Source: Antedon mediterranea (lineage: Eukaryota > Animalia > Echinodermata). Taken from it: a stretch of 64,000 nucleotides of DNA. The first letter of the stretch is position 1; every line of letters starts with the position of its first letter. Shown piece after piece: positions 28,028 to 39,048 of this stretch. The DNA lies in assembly GCF_964355755.1 (NCBI RefSeq), contig NC_092673.1:33973648-34037647 (forward strand), read 5' to 3'. Made by a program: the position numbers and the translations under genes. Below the pieces are notes generated by a model, which saw only the letters and a program-made list of their open reading frames with translations, did no database searches and was not told where the DNA came from.

Positions 28028-28343
28028 ATTATACAAATAATGAATGTTTATGAGTGCAATGGTACAAATAATGGCACGAGGTGAATGATGAAAGGTTATA
28101 TCAACGAGGCAAAGCCGAGTTGATATAACCTTTCATCATTCACCAAGTGCCATTATTTGTACCATTACACGAATACAAAACATTCATTATTTGTTTTATA
28201 TAACATCTAGACGTTTTTTTTTCGTACACAAAAATGTTTCAAAAAGTACTATTTAACGATCGTTGAATAGTGCGTACTATTGCACGCCATGTGACCCACA
28301 TTCGTCCAATCAAATGACAGGAATTTATATAGGTGTTATATAA
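28028..28343. repeat. Hairpin-containing interspersed repeat
   Basis: An ~85-bp-arm imperfect palindrome centred on CAACGAGGCAAAGCCGAGTTG (~28102-28122), with TTATATAA motifs at ~28200 and ~28340. Confidence 0.65.
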
Positions 28344-29576
28344 AAGCCAGTATTGGTATTGTATATAAAGTCTATTCCATGTGGTCCCCAGGTCATACAA
28401 TGGATCATCATGTGAGCATTTTTCAATGAGGTTATGCTTGTCTAGGCTAGGCAGTGTACAATAGAAGTCAGTGCTACTGTAGTATATTAATTCTATCCGA
28501 CGTGGTTCCCAGGTAATACTCTGGGTCACACATTCGTCTTTGTCCTGTCAATGTGTAGCAACCTCATCGTAAAAAATAGTGTTTTAGAATCAATTTCAAT
28601 AATGTCATAAAAGTCAGTTTTAAAAAAGGCAGTTTTAAAAAAGGCAAAAGAAAACTAGTAAAAGTATGACAAGTATAATTTCTTTTTTATACATTTATTA
28701 TGTTAATGCTCTGTAAACATACATCATATACTATAAAAGCATTTAACAAAAAAATATTGTGCTCACAAAAGTTTTAAAACAGTAATTAAACCGTTCACAT
28801 CATGCATACATAATATCATCTGTTTTCTTATTGTGTACCTTTTGCTATTTGATCTCTTTCTAAACTCGTGATTACTTCCGAGTGTTAATAAAATACACAT
28901 AGAACATATCTATTTTGATTACAACACTTGTTTTCCTTAAACAAAGATTATTCAGTTTATACAGCAATGATATCCAATACAATAATTGTGTTGTTGTGGT
29001 ATACTTTATAGACACTACAGTATTTTTAATATTGATATATTGTAATAAACATTCAATTCTAAATGCATTTCAACAAGGCGAGGTTGTGCCAGCCAGCATT
29101 GTTTTACTGCACGTACATTAATATTGGTAGGCCTACTGATTAACGTATAAAGTGAAGATTGCCCAAAATAATAACATTTTCAGAATGAATTAAAATGTAA
29201 CAGTAATTCGTATATTTTCTGTAAGACATACTTAATATTAGCAGGCCTATCTGCATTCAACTACAATACAATATTTCAATGTTCATGAACCTAGTGTGAA
29301 ACACTGTGTAGTGTAAAACATACTCTTTTCTAGTCCTATTGTATCAGTTGAACTAAAATATAATATTGAAACTCAAATTTATTCTTTGCTTATTCAAGCT
29401 TTGCTTTTAGAAATAGGTTCCTGCTTCATTTGATTTTTTTTATCAAGAAATTTCATATTTATGTAAGGCCTAATGTTAATAAAGAAACAAATGTTATTTG
29501 AATAAATAATATGACTTAAACTTACATTAAACTTAATCCGAATTTGTCTATGATGAATGTTCTGTCTAGTTCCCAC

Positions 29577-32431
29577 TTAAAATGGTATACCACCAAAAGG
29601 GCCAAGGCTAATATGTCTACGCGAACACTCTGATCTGAAAACATTATTTGACCATACGTTATCTGCATTAAAGATTCTCAGAGAAGGAAACACACTGATG
29701 AAAGATATCAATTTAGCATTATCAATTGGTGGCCAGAAGTAATTGCCACTTATATCCAGTGCAGATAAATTGCGAAAGCTAAACCAATTGTGATTACCGT
29801 TTTTAAAATTTATAAACATTCGATTTGGTAAATGGCAACGTTGCATCTTAAGGTTAGTTAAAGAATTCATTAAAGATTTCAATGTAGCTGAATCGATGCT
29901 GTAGAGGTCATTACCACTTATATCAAGTTCATATAGATGTAGAACGAAGCCTATGTGACCCCAGAACATTGAATCTATCACCCAGCTTGTTAAACAGCAA
30001 TCACCCATTCTAAGGTATGCTAGTTTATGACTAAATCTTATAAAATTTCTAAATAAAATACCATCTATTTGACGGAGATTATTATAACTTATATTTAGGA
30101 ACATTAATCCGCGAGTAGTTATACCACTAGAGCACTTAAGCATGTCATTCATTACTTTACTCGATAATTTGCAATTATTCATATCAAGGCGAAATATATG
30201 CCTAGTGTTGATAAAATATGCCAATGAAGAACCATTCATTTCACTAAGATCATTATTACTTATATCCAATTTTTCTAATCCCAAGGTAACTCCTCTACTA
30301 GAACACTCTATGAACATATCATTCATCACATTACCTGATAAATTGCATTTATATATATGAATATTTCTCAGTACAGGACTCATACACAATAAATATCCCA
30401 GTGAAGCGCCATCAATATGACTGAGATCATTATTATTCATATTCAGGCTAGTTAATTGTGAAAATCTTGGTAGGATAGTATGTATTACTTCACTGGATTG
30501 TGCTGATTTACTACAACATTGTGATACCATATCATTTAAAACAGTACCTGTAATAGTATTAGGATTTGCAATGACATTTTGCAGTTTTGGTGAGTTTGTT
30601 AAAATATGAAGTAAATATTCAGCAGTTGTTTTAGGCATTTGATAAATTGTGTGATCGTATATGTCATATTTTATATTGTGTTTTTCACATTCCTCTACAA
30701 TATAATTCATACAATCTTCATGAATACTTTGCAAAAGGCATCCAGGCTTTGACACAGCAATTAAACTGTGGAAAAGTACTTGTCTCTTTTCCTGAGAAGA
30801 TATATTATCGCAAAAGTTTTGATTAATTGTGGGTTCAAGGATATCATGAACTTTTCTCATAAGATAAAATACATTGTTGGTATCTACACTTACATTTGGG
30901 GTGTGATAAGTGAGAAACATTCGTAATGAGTTACACACAGAAGTAAATTGTATGTCTAACTTTGTTTTTGTTACATAATCCATCAGATCATTTTCTACAT
31001 CCTTCAAATGCTTTTCATTAACCACTTGTTTCAAAAGTAAAATCAAAGAACGATATGTTGAAAATCTATTTGTGATCCAATGCTTTAACAACTTGGCAGC
31101 ACCAGCACCAAGAAATCCAATAGCAAATTCACGTGCCATTATGAAATCATTTTCTCTTATATTCTCCCATTCTCCATCCTCTAACATTGAAAGTAGCAAT
31201 TTATTGTTCTTATTCTCAGTTGCCGAACGAGATATTTCACACAATTTGTATAAGTAAAACCCAACCAAAGATTCTACTATTAACTTATGAGGAGCTGTAA
31301 ATGTCTTTGCCAATTTAGACTTTTTTGAATGTGTTTTGTCTTCATATACAAACCCCAGCTTTAAAGCAAGTGTATCGTCTACTTTATCTCTTATAGCTAT
31401 AGTATGTAAATCAGTTTTAATAAATGAAAGTTGATTATTTTTTAATCCGTGATACATACACTTTCCTAACAGAAGCATTGAAGTTAAATATTCCTCTGGT
31501 ATATTTTCAAATGCTGGGATTTTATAACTATTATCTTTTCTGTTAAACTGATTCAAGATACATAGGAAAAAAGCTTTAAATAAATCTGCTTTGTCAGTTG
31601 CAAGATGTTGTTCTTCTTCCCACATGAAACAAATTGAGAGAAGCAACATTGGATTTTTACACATTTGATAAGCCACAGCGGTAACTTTCAATTGTTCAAC
31701 AAGGGAATCTCCCAATTCAGGTTTTTCAACCTGTTCAAAATATCTTGTAATATATTTTGTTACATTTTTCTTATCGAACCCTTTAATTTGCACATGCAGA
31801 TTGCTGTTCTTAATGTATTCATCTATATTTATTGAACGAGAAGTAACTACTACTGAACTTCTCTCTAATCTTTGCTTTTTGAAAAGACGTAGTGGACTTT
31901 TGTTTTGAAATCTTAATTCATCTAAACCATCTAAAAGCAATACAATTTCATCAGGATGATCCATTATAAATTTCTTGATCAATCTTGGATCTTCTGCTAG
32001 ATCTGTTTCTAAGCTAAAGTCGTCGAGTTCAAATTCCTTTAGAATTAAATCTAAAATAGTTTGGTCTTTGTCTAAATCTCTAATGTTGATTAGAAAAAGT
32101 ATTTTACCTTTAAAAATATCAAATGAAGTTTTAGTAGCCCAGTTATATGAAACATACCTCAGTAAGGTAGTCTTACCAATACCGCCTTCACCACTCATAA
32201 GAACTCTACCTCCAGGTGTAGATTCAAATATTTGTGAAAGATCTTTCAATGTTATGGGTTTGGATTGATGCTTATCACCAGCCTTCTTTGTGTTTGATTG
32301 TAGTAGAACCAGCTCGGTGAACATATCAGCTATATCTACTTCAAATGCAGAATTCATGATTTGTGGTGTAAAACGATTACAATTGCGGTACAACCTTTGT
32401 TGATTGGTTAGCAGATAGTGTCTTATTTTAT
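29577..32431 (-). CDS. NLR copy 1, last exon: NACHT NTPase + LRR (intact reading frame)
   Basis: Walker A GEGGIGKTT, Walker B IVLLLDGLDE, sensor VVTSR, CKNPMLL, winged-helix APHKLIVES, and LxxLDISxNxL repeats. Acceptor TTTTTTTCAG immediately before 32431. The first 38 aa of the ORF-track call are intronic. Confidence 0.93.
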
Positions 32432-32773
32432 CTGAAAAAAATAAATATGAATTGAAAACCTGTGAGAAATATCTAAACATTACAAAAGGTAGCGAAGCAT
32501 ATTTGCGTAAGAGATAAAAAATTGTCACAGAATTTAAAAACGTCAAAAATGATTTATAATGGATTATGTATAATTATTATTTGCTTTTAATTATACAATC
32601 ATTTTATAATTTTATAATCATAAAAGAAAGTTTAAAGCTATTCTACATTTGTTTTGAATAGTTATTTAAAAATGATCTGCAATTATAATTATTCTACTAT
32701 TGAATTACAAATTAATATTTTGACGCGACATAAAACATATTACATTCACTGTTACGTAATGAGTAACACATAC

Positions 32774-32821
32774 CTTCTGGATTTCTTGATAGTTGACATT
32801 GTTTTGATACTCTAGATTCTC
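32774..32821 (-). CDS. NLR copy 1, 48-bp linker exon
   Basis: TTTTACAG acceptor, GTATGT donor, phase 1-1, encodes GESRVSKQCQLSRNPE. Conserved in copy 2. Confidence 0.8.
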
Positions 32822-33925
32822 CTGTAAAAAAATAAATATTTATATAACAATAGATCCTTTGGTTGTCAACGCAATGGGAAAAGAAACAACAAACTATTAA
32901 TAATGTAAATGTTTTATTAAAAATTTAAAAGATGCAGTAGAGTTGCTTGACTTTTTGACAACCTTTAATAAATAATGCATAATTGATATTCTATATGATA
33001 AATTTCAAAGTGCCCAGTCCGAGTTTACAAATACCCATTTTCTTCCTTAGTAAACTATAAGCTTCCGCATGGTAACTGTTTCCTAATGCTTCAGGTCGCT
33101 TGAATATAACTGCCTAAAATGCATTAAAAACATGTCGTAGGCTGCTATAAGTCTTTCATACTTAAAAGTAAGGCTTTTAAGCAGAGCCAAATTTAACTAA
33201 ATTTTAAACCAGACCATGGCCGAACTAATTAGTCAGGTTCCGCAATGTGAAACTTTGCCAAAAACATTATATTTCAAATTAAATCAGACTAAAGTCGATA
33301 AAACTAAGATAGACTTCGACATCGAAATATCAATACCTAGATAACAACATCAAATAAACATGTCATATACTGTACACAGTTTAAAAACATGATGGAAAAC
33401 ACCGAGCGGACAATTTGGAGGCTCCGATAAAATGGTGCCTTGTACTTATAATAGATGGAAGATGGAATTTAGAAGCAATATTGATAGAAACAAGACATAG
33501 TTTTAGAAGAAAACATTAAATTATCCTGTATAAAAATAAAACAAGTGATGTTTGCCTATCTTATAGTAATTAAATTTCTTTCTAGTTCATTCAACAATTA
33601 TTTTAAGGAAATTTTATTTTAATCATCAATTAGATTGGAAACATAACACTATTTTGTTTTCATGAGTACCGGTATTAATTAAATTGAATAATGGTGTAGA
33701 CCTACACAAAGGCACTTGGTATTTGAAATTTTAAATGTGATAATATTGATCACAACTGTCACGATGCTGATGTGATCTTTCAGATTTATATTAATAACTA
33801 CCGGTATATACTGCAGCAATGACTACTCTATGGTGCATACAGCTACAAACAGAAATTACTTTTTGTTACCGGTAATTCTTATCTGAAATATGAGTGAATA
33901 TATGAACAGAAAATAAAATACATAC

Positions 33926-34469
33926 CACCATCTCTATCCTGTGCAGATTTTCCAAGACAATCTGTAAATCTAGTCATTTTTGAAGGCGTATCTAGAAAGA
34001 AGGTTTTCTTTCTCAAGTACAAAAATAGCATCCCAAATATTTGTGAATTCAAATTTATTCAGTTCATCATAATTATGAACAATATTCTTCAACTCATCTT
34101 GTCCAACTCCTCTCAAGATCTGGAACAGTTCTTTACGAGATGTTGAAAGCGTCTCCTCGTCAACAAGTTGAACATTGTTATCTGCCATATACTGGTTTAT
34201 TTGACCTACTGCTTCACTGAAACCTGTCACTTTAGCTACGTCCAGCAAAAGACTAACTTTATGCGGTGTGATTTTACCTGTTCTTTGAAGTTCATTAAAT
34301 AAACTCATTGCTGTAACATCATCACGATCAAGGTCTCCTAATGGTATGTATCCATGCAGGCAGAATCTCAACCATTTAAAATAGCGACCATCATAGTGTT
34401 TGCTAAGTTGAGCTTTTAAAGTTTGGAACTTTTCTTTAAGGTCGATTTCATCACACTCAGCAGTTTTGT
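33926..34469 (-). pseudogene. NLR copy 1, tandem death-effector-domain exon with 4-bp frameshift
   Basis: TTTCCCAG acceptor and GTATGT donor. DED-like helices (FQTLKAQLSKHY, AMSLFNELQRTGKITPHKVSLL, NIWDAIFVLEKENLL). Length is 544 bp versus 540 bp in copy 2, giving a premature TAG at 33970-33972. Confidence 0.8.
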
Positions 34470-34781
34470 CTGGGAAAAAATTACATTAATAAATGTTACA
34501 AAAATGTATCCAGTTTATATAATATAACTAACGTACATCATCTCGCAAAATTCACAATAATCTTATTTGATGTATGAACAAAATGTAACTGGCAGGATCA
34601 GTGGTTGGTTGCTGAATGTAGAAATAATTTAATTTTTAAAAAATAAAATCCAATGCTATCATCAACCCGAGTTCAACAATTAGTGAAAGGTGACCAGCAT
34701 CATTAGGAGATGTAGTTTTCAAGATAGTACTACATTATGTTTTAGGAAATAGAAATAAATGTTACAAATTATTGTATATAC

Positions 34782-34797
34782 CTTTGGCGGACGCCAT
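34782..34797 (-). CDS. NLR copy 1, first coding exon (MASAK)
   Basis: AAC-ATG-GCG start context, upstream in-frame stop, AAG|GTATAT donor, phase compatible with the DED exon. Confidence 0.75.
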
Positions 34798-36331
34798 GTT
34801 GATCAAATATCTTTAGATGTTAAGCTGATGTCTAGTGGCGTGGGTCGTTCTGGCGCTTCTCCTGACTTGCTGCCTCCTACAACTCTTAGGCCTATACCTT
34901 GTTTATGTTTTTCAAAGCGTGTATCAGATGACGGGTTTAACATCCGCCAGTTCTGTAAGCGAAAACAAAGAAAATAAGTACATTTTAAAGTGGCATAAGT
35001 GATTTCCAGATTTCAAAAGACATTCCAAATTTCATAATTTAGACAACAAGTGTAAAAAATGTATTCATTTGTAATTCCGTTCTAATAAGTTACAGAGTCA
35101 TTTGAAAGCTGTGAAAGCTATATAAACTAACCTTTACAGGTTAGTTTACATATTAATTGTTGGTTTGGACAAAGGAACATTTCTAATTACTTATTACTAC
35201 AAACCAGATGAACATTTTCAATCAAGATATTAGTCAGGTGGCTTAACAACAAAAAATGAGGAAATCGTGAGGAAAGGTGGTGGAAAAATCCAAAATGGCT
35301 GCCAGTAAACTAGGAAATCACATACAGTATCTGTGGACGGCAGACGTAATATGTAAATGAAGTAGCTGTAGTAAATGGTAGAGGTGGTATGTAAATTACA
35401 AGTAACTGTAAAACAAATCTATAAAAAAAAGTTATAACCAGTTCAGTTTCTGAAACCACATAAAATGTGGTATTTTGGGAAAATAAAGATTGAGGGCGCT
35501 GTTCACATAAGTAAAAGTACACTTTTTTACCTGTAACTAACTAAGTTTTTGTCAGAATATTTTTTAAATGGTCTTATTTGATAGATGATTACATTTTCTT
35601 TATATTAAAGAAAACAAATTTTACATTAAATATCCATAGTTCAGATAAATTTACGTTAAGTGCCTAAAATCAGCAAATATAACACATTTTAATACATAAC
35701 AAATACTATTGGATGTTAACAAATTACAAATTTAGTTATCATAAATAGGATTCTTTTACATTTTCATAGAAACTGTTTTATTTTAAAACATATAAATATA
35801 CATTTTTCTAACAATTTCTCATAAAAAAACTTTCACGACCACTAGTTTTCGAGATATAGAAATGTGTACTACCAGTACAGGTCAAAGGTCAATAACAAGA
35901 ATCTGGGTCATTTTCTTGGAAAAGTTTGTATTAGACTGAATAGAAACATTTTTAAAGTTTGTCCAACTGTTAGTTACCAAGTTATATGACATGTAGGTCA
36001 AAGGTCAAAAATACCAAAAATCATACTTCCGGTCATTTTTTGACAAATGTTTCCATTAGGATGAATATTAATATGCATCTTCCAAATAATTTGACACTAA
36101 AATTATTTAATTTAATGTAAGCGTTGCGGAGATATGGTTATTTTGTTTTCAATTGGATTAAAATATTCAAATTGAGGTCAAAGGTCAAGGAAAAACTTTA
36201 GAAAATTGATAACATGGGTTTTTATAACAAGCATGGTTAAAAAATTCATAAAATGCAATGCTTGCACTTTCCTTCTGATTTGCAGACTAAAATACATTAG
36301 AAATGGGCTATTTGTGACTTTGTATAACGAT

Positions 36332-37211
36332 TAGGGTAGATGTACCAGACCTCGGCAATGTGCCAAACCTTGGCAGGTTGTATTTATATTAGTTATAATT
36401 AATTAAATAATTGATATTTTTGTTTATCTTAACATATAATATACTTTATTTATAGGTGGTAAATATAAACCACCGATCGTTTACTAGACACCAGCGAAAC
36501 ATGTCTGCCAGTAGCCATAAAAACTGAAACCTGAAAACCGGAAGTGACATTTCAGCAAAATAGACAAATGAGCTAACACCTGACTGTTCCATTTAAAGTT
36601 CCAGGGCATGAAAAATTACACACGAGGGACACGTCTGGGATTGAAATAGGCTCCTACTGTAGTGTAGCAACATTCCAGAATATTCCATTTTCAAACCAAT
36701 GAAAAAATATAGGGTTTATGAGGGGTGTTAAGATGTTTGGTTGATAATTATAAATATGTGCCAGACTTCGGCACCTAACGGAAATAACTAATTAAATTAA
36801 ATTATTTGCAATGTTGTTTATTAAATTTTATTCAAAATATAATTGTTGGTAAAATAAATTTAATATTGCTGTTTTTTGACTCATTTATTTCACATCTGGC
36901 CATGGCTAGGCCTAGCCTAGCTAGGCCTACTATTTCATCGACGATCGATTGCGCAATCGCTCGCGCGTAATTCCAGGGCTTGCTTGGGCAGCAGCGTATG
37001 CCGAGGATTGGCACACACATGCCGAGGTTTGGTACATAAATAAAAAACACATTTTTTATTATTGTTTGTTAATTATAAATATTTATTTAATAATTCACAC
37101 TGTATTTACTACTTATATAAATACTAAAAACTCTACCAAAAAATATTTTGTGATGCTTTTAAAATATACACGTAAATAACGAATTTCCCTGTAACCTGCC
37201 GAGGTACCCTA
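36332..37211. mobile_element. MITE with degenerate right end (second copy ~52248-53971, interrupted)
   Basis: TAGGGTAGATGTACCAGACCTCGGCA at left, TGCCGAGGTACCCTA at right, and internal repeated GTGCCAGACTTCGGCA / TGCCGAGG motifs in inverted orientation. Confidence 0.55.
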
Positions 37212-37235
37212 GGCCTATATGCTTAATAAATTTAA

Positions 37236-37783
37236 AGATGTATTGTCCCTTGAAACACAAAAAAAATGAAGGTCTAAATATTATAAATTTAAATTGGCCA
37301 TATCAAAGTAAATATTAAAGTTATTCACTTTAAGTCAAAAATTCAAGCCAAAACCAACAAGTTTACGTAATTAACAGGTAAATTAGTTTGATTAAATTTC
37401 GTCTGGAAAATCGTCGCGAGCGAAAGTAAACAAAGATTTCAAACCATGAGTACGCATTATGCATATGCTAATTACGATTGTTTACAACTCGTCACGGTTG
37501 AGAAGGTATTTTCACACAGATCGTGAGGAAGTTTTATGATTATGCATACAGAGTAGCCAAACAAGCGCGTTTTATTATGGGATATGTTTTGATCGAAAAC
37601 TTTGACTGGAAGTCAAAGTTATTTTTTTAACAAAAAAACGTCTGTATTTTAGTTAAATGACTTTTTTTTCGACAAATTTTTGGTGATAGTTAATAACTAT
37701 TATGATACTTCAAAATGACCCACCTTTTTTCGAAATGTGTTATTTTTTATTTTTTTGGAATTAGTCAAAGGGACAATACATCT
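37236..37783. mobile_element. Kolobok-like MITE
   Basis: 16-bp TIR AGATGTATTGTCCCTT with TTAA on both flanks. Confidence 0.85.
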
Positions 37784-38213
37784 TTAAACATGGACGAACA
37801 AATTAGTTTATGAGGTGTGAGGTAAATGCAAAATATTTAGAAAACTTTACATGATTTAGGCCTATAGGAACTATTGGATGATATTACAGAACAGCGGTAT
37901 GTAAAACACAAAAAAGGCATACTTACAATTTACTGATTTAACTTGTACCATCAAGGTTACGATTTACTTGCAAAGGAGGCTCAGGAATCTTGATGAACAG
38001 CATATACATCTTGAATGCTGAAAGCAAGTTGTGTTGTCCATGCCACCAGCCCGAGCCGCTCCTTACTGAATGACAAATCGCTACAACAAGCAATACTTTA
38101 TATACTCACCCGATTCTCGTACGGTTCATGTCTAACATGCAACAAGAAACTGCTGCGCTGTTTAATGTCAAGCAACAGTAACAGGCCCGTCCATACACGG
38201 AAGTGTCACTGTT

Positions 38214-38752
38214 TAGTCCAGTCAATCTACGATTTTTGGTGGACAAAATTGCAATAAATGATTTTATACACTTATTTGATAGATAAAAATACTATAAACG
38301 TCTTGTAAAAAGTTTACCAAAATCGGACAACAGAAAATGTGTATTTAAAGTAGAAAAGTGTCGAACTTTGTTTTTTGTTTTCTTCCGCGATGTGTTCAAC
38401 GGTTTACCTAATTAGCATAAAATTCATTGTCCCTGATTTAGTTAATAGTCAGGTCATCTAGGTCACCACCTCTGTTTTGGTCATCGTTTTTGTTGTGTGG
38501 GTAAACACATGGGGCTATCGGGTCGGGGCCTACTAACTGGAGCGTAGTCGCTTTTTTGTTTATTTTCACTTGTTTATTATGCATTTTTATAATTACGGGA
38601 GGGGGTAGGCAGTGATCCTTACATAAGGGGGAGGGGGTAGGCGGTGATCCTTACATAAGGGGGAGGGGGGGGCAGGCGGTGATCTTTACATAAGGGGGAG
38701 GGGGTATACGGTGATCTTTGACTAATTATTCAATCGTAGATTGACTGGACTA
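38214..38752. mobile_element. MITE with 21-bp perfect TIRs (TAG termini, Academ-like) containing a ~32-bp G-rich minisatellite
   Basis: TAGTCCAGTCAATCTACGATT / AATCGTAGATTGACTGGACTA. About four copies of GGGAGGGGGTAGGCGGTGATCCTTACATAAGG at 38597-38720. No evident TSD. Confidence 0.75.
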
Positions 38753-39048
38753 ATGGCCTTGCCTTGTTTATTAAGTTTATCATGGTTAATGGTATAAGGC
38801 CTTACTTAAATCTAAGAAGATACATTCTTTTTTTGTAAAGAATATTTAGATACTATCAAGGCCAACATGGTTGGGACAGAGCTAAGAATGAAAGCTTAGT
38901 CCCCGGAAATTATGATACGAAATATATAAGTCTTCAGGACCAGCCATACAATGGTGATTGTTTCCCAAGAGTGAGACATGCAATGCACGTGACGGTAATT
39001 GAACAAAACAAAATTATGAAATACAAACAGAGCGAGCACACAAAAGCC

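Noticed and set aside
152-29121. Numerous 60-130 aa ORFs in the left half
   Set aside because: Low-complexity AT-rich translations, often with non-ATG starts, many inside repeats, with no recognisable domains.
32432-32546. N-terminal extension MTFLNSVTIF... of the long ORFs (also 48285-48399)
   Set aside because: Non-ATG start upstream of a strong splice acceptor; this is intron read-through.
36521-36546. IRF/ETS-like composite site AAACTGAAACCTGAAAACCGGAAGTG
   Set aside because: It lies inside a MITE and such motifs arise easily in AT-rich DNA; not supportable without data.
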